A stretch of 64,000 nucleotides of DNA from a bacterium (GTDB lineage Bacteria; Electryoneota; JAOADG01): NCBI GenBank assembly GCA_963681965.1, contig OY820579.1, positions 1,248,001 through 1,312,000 on the forward strand. The letters run 5' to 3'. A model generated the notes under the pieces. That model saw only the letters and a program-made list of their open reading frames with translations. It was not told the DNA's origin and ran no database searches. The translations under genes were made by a program, and so were the position numbers. Below are positions 35,722 to 47,362 of this stretch, piece by piece. How positions within the stretch are numbered: the stretch's first letter is position 1; each line of letters starts with the position of its first letter.

Positions 35722-37080
35722 TTAGCCTAAAATAGAATTTGCGTGAAAATAATTAAATTCTGTATTACCATTTGAAATCTCTTTTAAGTAATATTCCATT
35801 AATCCGCGTGCGATCTTGCAATGATCCAATTTTGTGCCATCGTATGCATCTCCGAGTCGCATTGCTTTAACTGGACAACCTCCAGAGCAATGCCATTTTG
35901 CCAAGCAAAGACTGCATTTAGGCATATTGTAAATAGATCGAGCCGTTAAAGGAATTCTAACATCATTCCAAATGTCAAATTTGTTCGTTTCGGAATTATA
36001 TTGTCCGATAAAGAATACTTTTGACATAGGATCTTCAGACATTGAAACCTCTGTACAAGAGGTAACAAAACCTTCAGGCGTAACGTAAAAATTCTCTCCG
36101 ACTGCTCCACAAAATACAGACGACAAGGTTTCTATCCTTATAGCAGAACATAATAATTCAATATTCAGATTAGATGCTATCGAAAGACATTCAATAAACC
36201 TGTCGGTGAATGTTTTAGTATCAGGCATTAGTTCAGGCGATGTACTACATCGTCCACATGCAAACAACGGCTCAAAGTGGACCCTTTTTATCCCTAATGA
36301 ACCAAAGTATTCCAAAATTGATGGCATCAAATCTACTGAGTATGAAGATATTGTAGATCTAATTGTTAATTGAAGCTCACTTTTAACAAAATCTTTGATA
36401 CTATTTTCAATTACTCCGAAAGACATTTTGGAATTACGTGTCGGACGATGATAATTTTGTATATCCTTAGTACCATCAAAAGAAATACTCAAGTGCTGAA
36501 AGTTTGCAATTGTCCAATTTATTTGTCTTTTTGTTAGCAGACCATTTGTGACACCGCTAATAATAACTTGAATACCAGTGAGTTTCTCTTTCTCTCTGCT
36601 ATATTTAATAACTTTCTTCATTAATTCCCATGCTAAAAATGGCTCACCTCCACCCAAAAAACTAATTCTTACTTTTGAGCCGCTCTTTTCCAATGCATTA
36701 GAAAAAATATTATCAATTGCACATTTTGCAATTTGCCATTTCAAATACTTTGATGTAATGCCTGCATTCGCATAGCAATAAATGCACTTTAAATTGCAAT
36801 CAGATGTCGGAAGTAGCGTTAAACTTGTTGGTTTATATTCTGCAGATGAAGATTTTATGTCATCAGGAATTTGATCTAAAGAATTAATAATACCCAAATT
36901 TTCTAACCTTAATAAAATTCTTTTGGTATAATCATCGTTAGGTAATGTTTTATTTGAATTTACAAGTTGCAACAAAGCTACAACTTCCTCATTTACTTTG
37001 AGTACGAGACGTAGAAGAGGAGCGTAAATTATGAAACAATCCTCGTACGGAAGTACATACATTTCATTTATCACATTCAT
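35722..37080 (-). CDS. Radical SAM/SPASM peptide-modifying enzyme with RRE-like N-terminus
   Basis: CNLKCIYC, GGGEP, TNG, SISFDG; SPASM CGAVG..G.VTSC..CSLC...HCSGGCP...C; likely start MNVINE at 37080. Confidence 0.88.
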   Translation of the reverse strand: MNVINEMYVLPYEDCFIIYAPLLRLVLKVNEEVVALLQLVNSNKTLPNDDYTKRILLRLENLGIINSLDQIPDDIKSSSAEYKPTSLTLLPTSDCNLKCIYCYANAGITSKYLKWQIAKCAIDNIFSNALEKSGSKVRISFLGGGEPFLAWELMKKVIKYSREKEKLTGIQVIISGVTNGLLTKRQINWTIANFQHLSISFDGTKDIQNYHRPTRNSKMSFGVIENSIKDFVKSELQLTIRSTISSYSVDLMPSILEYFGSLGIKRVHFEPLFACGRCSTSPELMPDTKTFTDRFIECLSIASNLNIELLCSAIRIETLSSVFCGAVGENFYVTPEGFVTSCTEVSMSEDPMSKVFFIGQYNSETNKFDIWNDVRIPLTARSIYNMPKCSLCLAKWHCSGGCPVKAMRLGDAYDGTKLDHCKIARGLMEYYLKEISNGNTEFNYFHANSILG

Positions 37081-37225
37081 GAGTTTCCAACTCGTTAATT
37101 GTACAACCACGTTTCTGCTTTCCGCAATGCTTTGTTTGTGGAATCGAAATGACCCACTAGAAATCTGACAGCAAACGCAACGAAAACTTCGTTGGTATTT
37201 TGCCAAAAATCCGCTTGGACAAAGC

Positions 37226-37423
37226 TCAATCCTTTAAGTATACTTTTTCGTGGTGAGATTTATCATGGCTACCACATTCGGGACATTTTTCTCCACCATT
37301 ACTGCCATGACATTCATGGCAATATTTTTCACCACACTTTTCACATTTATAGATCCAAAAATGCGAAGTAGATAATCCGGCTTTACCTGAATGTCCACAA
37401 CGTGGGCAAGAATCTTGCGACAT
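37226..37423 (-). CDS. Cys/His-rich small (zinc-finger-like) protein
   Basis: GAGGAG RBS; CPRC, CEKC, CHEC, CPEC. Confidence 0.7.
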   Translation of the reverse strand: MSQDSCPRCGHSGKAGLSTSHFWIYKCEKCGEKYCHECHGSNGGEKCPECGSHDKSHHEKVYLKD

Positions 37424-37521
37424 ATTTTCTCCTCTTTTCGATATTTGGGGCACTGGCCGTTCTTGTTAACCAGTTGCCTACTTTAACTTGTACCTCTTAC
37501 CAATGAGTGTCGAGGTCCCCA

Positions 37522-37837
37522 ATGGAGTGTATCCATTGTCAACAATTGGATCAAGTCCGATTGAAAGGTTCCTGTACTTTGAAGAGCGGCGATGTTACGA
37601 ACATGTATATCTGCAAACGCTGCCACAAAACCTTCTGTGACCGCACTGGAACTGCGTTGTATCATTGTCAGCTTTCGAAACAGGATGCCGCTTCGAAACT
37701 TGCTGGTAAGCAAAAAAAAGGTCGCGCAACACACAACGAAGATCTTAGTGAAATATAATTGTTCCCATGGGATGGTGCTGCGAAATTGGGAAATAAAAAA
37801 GCCCAACGCAATCAAGCACCGGGCATTCACCAGTTGA
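37522..37837 (+). pseudogene. Transposase zinc-ribbon remnant (IS1/IS1595-like)
   Basis: CIHC...YICKRCHKTFCDRTGTALYH, then frameshift; no DDE domain. Confidence 0.5.
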
Positions 37838-38039
37838 GACGAAGCACTTCCACACCGTCAGGATCATCGAACGGGATCTTTAACCAATCGTGGTAGTTTT
37901 CTGGAATCTTCATCGTCTTTCTTCTTTTCCAACTTTCCAAGATAACTCTTTTGAGTTTTGCAAACAACTCTCCTCTCTTGGTCAAACTAAGAGGAGCGGG
38001 TAGTTCATTCCGACTCTGTTTCCAGTATTCGTTCAACAC
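37827..38039 (-). CDS. Hypothetical small protein
   Basis: ORF only; no motif recognised. Confidence 0.25.
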   Translation of the reverse strand: MLNEYWKQSRNELPAPLSLTKRGELFAKLKRVILESWKRRKTMKIPENYHDWLKIPFDDPDGVEVLRLNW

Positions 38040-38117
38040 GCCCTACCCGCAAACCCGCACTGAACGCAGTCATCTTTTTCGGCGTAGCGGGGTTATGATT
38101 TACATCACAAATAACGC

Positions 38118-38152
38118 AAAAAAGACCTACTGTTTTAGTAGGTCTTCTTTTT
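38118..38152. terminator. Intrinsic terminator downstream of tRNA-fMet
   Basis: AAAAAAGACCTACT-gtttt-AGTAGGTCTTCTTTTT hairpin with T/A tracts on both sides. Confidence 0.75.
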
Positions 38153-38157
38153 GAGTG

Positions 38158-38231
<74 letters not shown>

Positions 38232-38316
38232 TCAGTGATATTGCTATCAGCCTTGCAATATATGCAAGTTCCTCAATCAAATGCAAATAATCGCCGTAAA
38301 CCTAGATTGTACAACG

Positions 38317-39858
<1,542 letters not shown>

Positions 39859-42375
39859 TTACCAGCCTGCTGCTCGGAATGAAGACCAAATCAATCCAAT
39901 CGCTTTAACCTTAATCAACCAATACCACAAACTAAATCCAATACCGCCAAGCATCAGAATGAGCAAAATTGTCGCCGCTCGAGCGGTATTTCGGAATGCG
40001 ATTAAAATAGCTGCTGCACTTCGGTAAAGACTCCAGACGATGAATACACCACTCACAAATAACCAGCCACCGCTGATGGATCGTTCCGACAGAGGACCAA
40101 CCAGCAGCAACGTCAAAGGCAGCAACAGCATGTGATTGGCGAAGCCCCAAGTCAAATAAGATAGCGCTTTGGCGACACCCATCCGTTGTCTGGTAAACAT
40201 GGATACGAGCGAGAGTAGAATCGCAAATAGTGAACCGATCACGGTGAAGAAGATAAAAAAGAAGGCAATCGATCCCGGTGGATTCCAAATAATTCGATTT
40301 GCCCACACTTTCACCACCGGTGAACCAAGTAGTGTAGTAATAAATAAGTCGAAGGTGTAATTGTGCCGTAGACCATAGGTCGTGGCAGCTCCCAATACCG
40401 CTGCGATCAGCGAAATCAGAATCCCGACGACTACTGTTTCACCGAATTGGAAGTATCGCCCTTCGCGAACATCGGTAAAAAATCCACCCGGATGAAGCAT
40501 ACTGCGAATGACGTGCGATCGTAATACTTTATTTTGTCCGATCGAGACGGCAAATAACATCAACACGATCAAACCACCGATAATGAAACTGGTAGCATTC
40601 GATGTCTGAGCGATACCGACGGGTGCCGGTTTAACGGTGATTCCGTTAAGATAATCCCTAAGTGTTACAAAGGTCGTTCGCTCATTGCGCTGAAAGGTTA
40701 CCACACCGACAGGAAGCGTAAAGGGGGCGTTATCGGGAGTCCGATTGAGTAACGGGTAATGCGTTTGATAATCGACCAATCCGCCTAAAACGAAACCGGC
40801 ACATGCGCGAACCGATTCCTGATTGAGCGATTTAACCAATGAAAGCGATTGACGTAATTCTGCCGCCGGATCGCTTCCCTTCTGCGGTAACGGATCCAAA
40901 ATGATGCCAACAATACCAGCTAACAGGGGACCGTTGCATTGTGGAAAAGCGACAGTCTCAGCGTTTAAACTGGGAAGTCGTTCCCAAATTTGAAAATCGG
41001 CGATGCGTTCGTTCACTGGAGCTGGAGTCGATAAATAAACCCAGTGTCCGCAATCGCGACGGATCTTCGTGAATAAATTTCCGAATTCCTCTTCTAATCC
41101 TTTGACCGGAAATCCGTAACCTGTTCCAACTGCGAGCAGTGACGGGTGATTGCCTTCCCGCTGTGTGAATTGGAGCAAAACCGACGCGATATATTGCCGG
41201 AATTCGTCACGTTCAAGAATATGTCGCGGGGGTACAGTGACGGGAGCATCGACCAACAACCACAGACCATAACGATCGGCAAGTCTCAATAAGTAGGGGT
41301 GCGGCGCATTACCCGTAATACGCAATGCATTCAAGCCCAAAGCTTTTGCCGACAAAATATCGCGTTCGAGTTGATATGCAGTAGCCGACCAACCGGTCGC
41401 GGAGAATTCTTCGACATAGGTTGCTGCTGCAATTCGAATCGGGATACCGGAATGAGTCGCAAATCCTGTTGCGGTAATACGAATATCTTGGAAACCGACA
41501 AATTCAGTTACTTCGTGTAATAGTTGATCTTGATCGTACAGTCGAACCGAGATCCGGTATAAATTCGGCTGGATCGGACTCCAAGTTTGAACGTTGGGAA
41601 TATTGTAAGCAATCGTTCCTTGTTTGATGGAACGAGTCGGTACTTCAATATCGACTTGATTTGTTGCGATGATTTCATCGGAAGAATATGGTGTTAAACT
41701 CCAGCGCAGTTGCAGGTTGGCTGGGAAGCCTGCAGGGAGGGTATAAGAGGGCAACGGTTTGGCATCGCGAACTAAATAACCGATTTGCAGTCGTCCACCA
41801 CCGGGAGTAGCTTCGGCTTTGAGATTCAACGACTCGATTCGGCGTAGTGGTAGCGCCAATAAATACACATCCCGGTAGATTCCGGAATATCGTTTTGGCG
41901 AGAAAAAGCCCGCAGCGAGCGGAAAATCTTCGGGACGAGTAATTTCCGGCGATAGCTCAACCTCAATTGTATTGTCGGTATCGTAACGGAGTTGATTGGG
42001 CGGTACATCGATCACCAGAGCATCGGATCCCCGACCCAAAGCCAGAAATTCACCATTTAATGCAACCGATGCATCCTGTCCAATCCCCAGAAAAACTACT
42101 CGAAATTGGCTATTTGCCAAGCGGGATGGAACATGAAAGACGCGGGAGAGTTTAATCCGGTCGGTGCTTTCGGTACAAAATGGAACACGTACTGAGGAGG
42201 CGTTACTACCACTGATAATTTGCCAGTCACCATTCAGTGAAACCAATTTTGTGCTGTCGTTTGTCCCATCGATACCTAATTTCGCATCGAATGGACGAGG
42301 ATCGCCCAATTTGAATTCTTGAGCGAACCCGATCGATGTAATTAAGAACAGCAGAATGATAAGTATTTTTTTCAT
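39859..42375 (-). CDS. GH2-like (beta-galactosidase/glucuronidase fold) extracellular domain plus C-terminal multi-TM domain
   Basis: SLNGDW, YSGIYRDVYL, WSPIQPNLY, ALGLNALR..PH, ADRYGL, NHPS; about 6-7 TM helices at the C-terminus. Confidence 0.7.
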   Translation of the reverse strand: MKKILIILLFLITSIGFAQEFKLGDPRPFDAKLGIDGTNDSTKLVSLNGDWQIISGSNASSVRVPFCTESTDRIKLSRVFHVPSRLANSQFRVVFLGIGQDASVALNGEFLALGRGSDALVIDVPPNQLRYDTDNTIEVELSPEITRPEDFPLAAGFFSPKRYSGIYRDVYLLALPLRRIESLNLKAEATPGGGRLQIGYLVRDAKPLPSYTLPAGFPANLQLRWSLTPYSSDEIIATNQVDIEVPTRSIKQGTIAYNIPNVQTWSPIQPNLYRISVRLYDQDQLLHEVTEFVGFQDIRITATGFATHSGIPIRIAAATYVEEFSATGWSATAYQLERDILSAKALGLNALRITGNAPHPYLLRLADRYGLWLLVDAPVTVPPRHILERDEFRQYIASVLLQFTQREGNHPSLLAVGTGYGFPVKGLEEEFGNLFTKIRRDCGHWVYLSTPAPVNERIADFQIWERLPSLNAETVAFPQCNGPLLAGIVGIILDPLPQKGSDPAAELRQSLSLVKSLNQESVRACAGFVLGGLVDYQTHYPLLNRTPDNAPFTLPVGVVTFQRNERTTFVTLRDYLNGITVKPAPVGIAQTSNATSFIIGGLIVLMLFAVSIGQNKVLRSHVIRSMLHPGGFFTDVREGRYFQFGETVVVGILISLIAAVLGAATTYGLRHNYTFDLFITTLLGSPVVKVWANRIIWNPPGSIAFFFIFFTVIGSLFAILLSLVSMFTRQRMGVAKALSYLTWGFANHMLLLPLTLLLVGPLSERSISGGWLFVSGVFIVWSLYRSAAAILIAFRNTARAATILLILMLGGIGFSLWYWLIKVKAIGLIWSSFRAAGW

Positions 42376-42500
42376 GCAAGTATGTATCGTGAAGAGTCCA
42401 AATATGAAATAAGTCGATCCTGACCTATAAAACCAGCGTTAACATGGAGCGACTATTAACCGTAATTGATGTTCCGATTTTCATCAGCGAATGAATTAAG

Positions 42501-43433
42501 CTAGGATATTAGCCACAGTACTACAACTCCGACAATTATTCGGTACCATCCGAATGGCGACAATCCACCGCGTTGTAAATATCGGACAAATCCTTTTACT
42601 GCAAGGGCTGCAACGATCGCACTTACAATCATTCCGACGGTAAAGACCCCGGGGCTGGCATGGTGAAACACCTCTTTATAGCTCTTAGCCAACTCGTAGA
42701 GTGTTGCCGCAATGATCGTAGGTAATGCCAAGAGAAACGAATATTCGGCTGCTGCAGACAATGATAAGCCCGCAAGTAAAGCACCCAAGATCGTTGTCAT
42801 CGAGCGCGAAGTACCCGGCCAAAGCGAGGCAATCTGGGCAATTCCGATAATCAGAGCAATTCGCCAACTCATTTGCGAGATTTCAAGTCCACTGATTCCG
42901 TGTTTTCGACGGTGATGCCACTCCAGCACAATCATCAAAACGCCGCCAACAATCAATGCTCCAGCAATTGCAGTCGGATTGAAGAGCTTTTCCTTGATTG
43001 CGTGATGAAAGAGCAATCCGACAAATGCGGCAGGACAAAAACTGATAATCAAATTAATCAATAATTTACGACCAGAAGATGCAGCATGAAAGACACCGTT
43101 CCACATCTCGCCGACACGTTTGCGATAGAGACCAATAATTGCTAATATCGCTGCACCTTGGATCACAATATTGAATGAATCGACAGCATCCTTGGCATCT
43201 TTCGAATCCATCTGCAACCAATACGAAGTCAATTCCAAATGCCCAGTACTGGATACTGGCAAAAACTCCGTTAAGCCTTCGACAATTCCCAAGATGATGG
43301 ATTCGGAATAAGTAAATTGATAGGGTGCTTTTGTCGAATCGCTCGGAACAGCTTGCGCTGCCCATTGAAATGAAAGCAATACAATGAATATGAAGAGGAG
43401 CTTTTTCATTGAAACCCTTATAGCAGTGATCAT
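42501..43433 (-). CDS. uppP: Undecaprenyl-diphosphate phosphatase
   Basis: GIVEGLTEFLPVSSTGH, PGTSRS, AAEYSFLLA, FGWYRI. Confidence 0.95.
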   Translation of the reverse strand: MITAIRVSMKKLLFIFIVLLSFQWAAQAVPSDSTKAPYQFTYSESIILGIVEGLTEFLPVSSTGHLELTSYWLQMDSKDAKDAVDSFNIVIQGAAILAIIGLYRKRVGEMWNGVFHAASSGRKLLINLIISFCPAAFVGLLFHHAIKEKLFNPTAIAGALIVGGVLMIVLEWHHRRKHGISGLEISQMSWRIALIIGIAQIASLWPGTSRSMTTILGALLAGLSLSAAAEYSFLLALPTIIAATLYELAKSYKEVFHHASPGVFTVGMIVSAIVAALAVKGFVRYLQRGGLSPFGWYRIIVGVVVLWLIS

Positions 43434-43437
43434 TTAA

Positions 43438-45027
43438 TTATTCCCATTCTACGGTAGCTGGGGGTTTTGATGTGATATCGTACACTACCCGATTCACTTG
43501 CCGAACTTCGTTGGTGATCCGGTTTGCGACACGCGCCAGAAATTCCCAAGTGAACCGCGAGAAATCCGCCGTCATAAAGTCGGAAGTATTGACACTGCGT
43601 ATCGCAATCGTTCGCTCATAAGTTCGGTAGTCGCCCTGGACCCCGACCGAGCGGATTGGCAATAAAACCACGAATGCTTGCGATACCTCTTGGTACAACT
43701 CGTCGCGGCGAAGCTCTTCGATGAAAATTGCATCGCATTCGCGTAGTATTTCGAGTCCATCCGGTTCGATTGCGCCAAGATATCGCACCGCCAAACCCGG
43801 TCCCGGAAAGGGGTGGCGATCGACAAGATGCGATGGCAGACCAAGTGCACGACCCACGTTGCGGACTTCATCCTTGAACAACTCCCGCAACGGTTCAAGC
43901 AGTGGAAATGGCAGTAATTCCGGTAAACCACCGACGTTATGATGTGATTTAATCGTTGCCGATGGACCGCGTACCGGTGAACTCTCGATTACATCCGGGT
44001 AGAGCGTACCCTGTGCCAGATAACCAATATTATCGTATTGTTTCGCAGCTTCGGTAAATACTTCGATGAATACGCGACCGATAATTTTTCGCTTGGTTTC
44101 CGGATCCGTCACGCCTGCTAATTGACTCAAAAATTCATCTTGGGCATTGATCCGTTGAATCGAAAGACCTAGTTCGCGAAATGCCGTTTCTACCTGATCT
44201 CCTTCGTTCTTACGCAATAAACCGTTGTCGACGAAGATGGGGAGGACGCGATCACCGATCGCTTTACCCAGTAATGCGGCGGTAACGGAAGAATCGACAC
44301 CGCCGGAAAGCCCTAAAAGTACTTTTTTATTGCCGATACGATCTTTCAAGGTCTTCGTCGCACTATGGATGAATGCCTCGGCATTCCATCCCCCTTTGGC
44401 ACCACAAATCCGATAGAGAAAATTCTGCAGAATTTTCGAACCTAATGGAGTATGTGTGACTTCGGGATGAAATTGTACGCCAAATCGCTTTTGGTCGCGG
44501 TTTTCCACCACGCAATGGGTAGTATTGCCGCTGCTTGCCACGCTTTGATACCCGGATGGGAGTGCTAAAATCCGGTCACCGTGCGACATCCATACTTCGA
44601 ATTTATCAGGTAACTCCTGTAGCAATTCGGATGAGGCTGTGCTTTCGACAAATGCGCGTCCGAACTCCCGCTGAGGACAGGATTCAACCTGCCCGCCGCT
44701 CTGCTGTGCCAGCGTTTGCAAGCCGTAACAGATACCCAGCATCGGAATATCCCATGACAATACCGAGGCGTCGAGCGCTGGTGCGCCGGGATCGTAGACC
44801 GACGAGGGTCCGCCAGATAGAATCAATCCGGCAGGTTTGTGCGCTTCTAGTTCCGCGCGCGTATGATTGTGACGTACAATCTCGGAAAAGACACCAAGTT
44901 CGCGAATACGCCGCGCAATCAGTTGGGTATACTGAGATCCAAAATCGAGCACCAGAATCCGCTCATTTGGTTTGGCAATCGCTTGGATATGGTCGGTTGA
45001 GTTCGAGTTCAAGGGGGTCGCTTTCAT
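43438..45027 (-). CDS. guaA: GMP synthase (glutamine-hydrolysing)
   Basis: LDFGSQYTQLIARR, GICYG, QFHPEV, SGGVDS, IKSHHNVGG, DITSKPPATVEWE. Confidence 0.98.
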   Translation of the reverse strand: MKATPLNSNSTDHIQAIAKPNERILVLDFGSQYTQLIARRIRELGVFSEIVRHNHTRAELEAHKPAGLILSGGPSSVYDPGAPALDASVLSWDIPMLGICYGLQTLAQQSGGQVESCPQREFGRAFVESTASSELLQELPDKFEVWMSHGDRILALPSGYQSVASSGNTTHCVVENRDQKRFGVQFHPEVTHTPLGSKILQNFLYRICGAKGGWNAEAFIHSATKTLKDRIGNKKVLLGLSGGVDSSVTAALLGKAIGDRVLPIFVDNGLLRKNEGDQVETAFRELGLSIQRINAQDEFLSQLAGVTDPETKRKIIGRVFIEVFTEAAKQYDNIGYLAQGTLYPDVIESSPVRGPSATIKSHHNVGGLPELLPFPLLEPLRELFKDEVRNVGRALGLPSHLVDRHPFPGPGLAVRYLGAIEPDGLEILRECDAIFIEELRRDELYQEVSQAFVVLLPIRSVGVQGDYRTYERTIAIRSVNTSDFMTADFSRFTWEFLARVANRITNEVRQVNRVVYDITSKPPATVEWE

Positions 45028-45179
45028 TAGCTATTCGATGAGACACAATCTAAAGAGAGGAAAGCGGGAATGAAAGCGGCAACAAGAAATCTACCCGGTG
45101 AATCTAGCGGGTAAGATTTACTCAATACTTATGCGAAATTACTCCAAATTTGTTGCGTAGATATTTGAATATTAATAAT

Positions 45180-47258
45180 TTATTTGATTAATACCAGTTT
45201 CCGCGATTGAAATGCCTTCCCGGTTTGCATCCGAATAAAATAAACTCCAGATGGTAATTCCTTACAATTCAAAGTAATACGATGGAATCCCGCTTGTTCG
45301 ATGCGATTTACCAAAGTACGAATTTCTCGTCCTTCCAAATTGAATAGCTTCAGTCGAACCAGCGATCCAGTAAACAAATTGTAGGAAATCTGTGTAATTC
45401 CATTGAATGGATTTGGATAGTTAGGGAATAATTCAAATTGATCGGGGCAGGAAGCCCTCGTTTCCGAGATTTGATTGGTACCGTCGTTGTAATACCGGAG
45501 AATGCTTGCTTGTTCGCCAGCAATCCACCCATGTTGTGGATCGGGAAATGTCATTCCCGATAATCTTCGATCCATCGCGATCGTTTCTCTCGTCCAATTT
45601 TCGCCGCCATTGATCGTATGCAGAAGGATGCCGGAATCGCCGCAAATCCACGTTTCATTCGCACCAAATGCGATGACTCGACGCAGCGAATTTTCGGTAT
45701 TGCTGGTCAGGGCAACCCAATTCTGCCCTCCATTCGTCGTCCTCAGTAGTCGACCCAACTCACCTACGGTCCAACCATGGATCGAATCGCCGAAAGATAC
45801 ACTATATAGATCGTATGGTGTACCGCTCCGTTGTGACGTCCAGTTCAAACCACCATCAGTCGTATGAAGAATTGTTCCATAGGAACCCGTGACCCATCCA
45901 TGACTCGAATCAGTCATCGCAATTGCGAACCGGTGGTGTAACGAACCACTATTCTGCGACTGCCAACTGTTACCGCTATCGGCTGTGTGTAGAATTGTCC
46001 CGTTCCAACCGACAATCCAACCATTTCGAGGATCACTAAAGGTGATTTGTTCCAGTCTGTTCACTGTTCTGGAGTATACCACCGCCCAAAGATCGCCACC
46101 ATCGGTAGTGCGCGCGATAAAACCGGAATCGCAAACGATCCAGCCGTGTGTCGTATCGGTGAAGAGTACATTATTCAACCCGGTAGCGATGCCATCAGCT
46201 TGAGTAACCCAACTTTTACCGCCATTTCTTGTCCGGAGAACAGTTCCCAGCGAATCGATCGTCCAGCCATTCAGCGTATCGCAGAACGAGATACCTGAAA
46301 AATTGGGTATAGTATAGAAAGACCAAGGATACCAATTCAGACCATCGATTGATCGCAGTTGGATGCCATTTTGACCCAATATTCGATCGTTACAATTTCG
46401 ATAAAGATTTCGATCAGTTCCCGAAGCAAGTGGTTCCCATACATCGACATTCGAGTGCAAAATGGTTCCGGAATCGCCCACCGCAATATTTCCCCAATCC
46501 CCCCAATTCAAATTCTGAGAAGTAGAAGAATACATCGGTTGCCAACGACTTCCCGGGTCGAAGATGGTCAAGATGGTTCCAAAGTCGCCAAAAGCGACAG
46601 CACCGTAACCATTGATTCCAGCCGAGACACAGTTCAATCGATTGGTGGTACCGCTATTTTGTCGCGTCCAGTTAACACCGCTATTCGAAGAAAAGAGAAT
46701 GATGCCGGAATCTCCTACAATCCATCCTTGTGCTAGCGAAACGCTCTGTAACAAACTAATTGATTTCAAATTCGCTATCGTGCCACTGGTTTGTCGCGAC
46801 CAGATGATGCCGTCGGTAGCAGACGTCAGGATCGTGCCTGAGTCGCCGACGATCCAAGCCGATCGACCATGAAAAATAATGTCGGTGAGATCAACTGTCG
46901 TGTTACATTCAATCTGAATCCAGTTACGGTCGTTAACACAATTTAAAATTGTGCCATGATCGCCAATCACCCACTCGCAATTTTCGGAGATTCGGTTTAA
47001 ATCGAATTGCGTCGGAACTGTTTGTCCAAACCAGGTAGCACCGGAATCGTTTGTTCGCAGTATTCTACCGTTGTGACCAACTGCCAATCCGTGTCGATTG
47101 CTAAGGATACGTAAGTCGTTAAATTCGGTTCCAGCTTCACTGTTTAAAAAAGAATTTTGCCATAACCAATTTTGAGCAAATGCGAATGGAACAAAAATGA
47201 GGCACACAAAAAGCGAGGGTATCAGGAGTTTACGTACTCGAAACATCATTGCCTCCAC
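45180..47258 (-). CDS. Secreted YCF48/BNR-like beta-propeller protein with T9SS-A-like CTD
   Basis: Repeated GW.VG..G.IL.T.DGG..W; NYPNPFN...KLVLIK. Confidence 0.85.
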   Translation of the reverse strand: MEAMMFRVRKLLIPSLFVCLIFVPFAFAQNWLWQNSFLNSEAGTEFNDLRILSNRHGLAVGHNGRILRTNDSGATWFGQTVPTQFDLNRISENCEWVIGDHGTILNCVNDRNWIQIECNTTVDLTDIIFHGRSAWIVGDSGTILTSATDGIIWSRQTSGTIANLKSISLLQSVSLAQGWIVGDSGIILFSSNSGVNWTRQNSGTTNRLNCVSAGINGYGAVAFGDFGTILTIFDPGSRWQPMYSSTSQNLNWGDWGNIAVGDSGTILHSNVDVWEPLASGTDRNLYRNCNDRILGQNGIQLRSIDGLNWYPWSFYTIPNFSGISFCDTLNGWTIDSLGTVLRTRNGGKSWVTQADGIATGLNNVLFTDTTHGWIVCDSGFIARTTDGGDLWAVVYSRTVNRLEQITFSDPRNGWIVGWNGTILHTADSGNSWQSQNSGSLHHRFAIAMTDSSHGWVTGSYGTILHTTDGGLNWTSQRSGTPYDLYSVSFGDSIHGWTVGELGRLLRTTNGGQNWVALTSNTENSLRRVIAFGANETWICGDSGILLHTINGGENWTRETIAMDRRLSGMTFPDPQHGWIAGEQASILRYYNDGTNQISETRASCPDQFELFPNYPNPFNGITQISYNLFTGSLVRLKLFNLEGREIRTLVNRIEQAGFHRITLNCKELPSGVYFIRMQTGKAFQSRKLVLIK

Positions 47259-47362
47259 ATCTCATCGGTACTCGTAATGTAATTTCGAATCGAGGTAATT
47301 AAAAGGTGTTAGTTATTCATTTGTAAATATCTATTAAATAAGCGCAAGATGTCAAGATTTAA

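Noticed and set aside
45028-45180. Purine riboswitch upstream of guaA
   Set aside because: Only a simple hairpin (about 45087-45119); the purine aptamer consensus is not recognisable.
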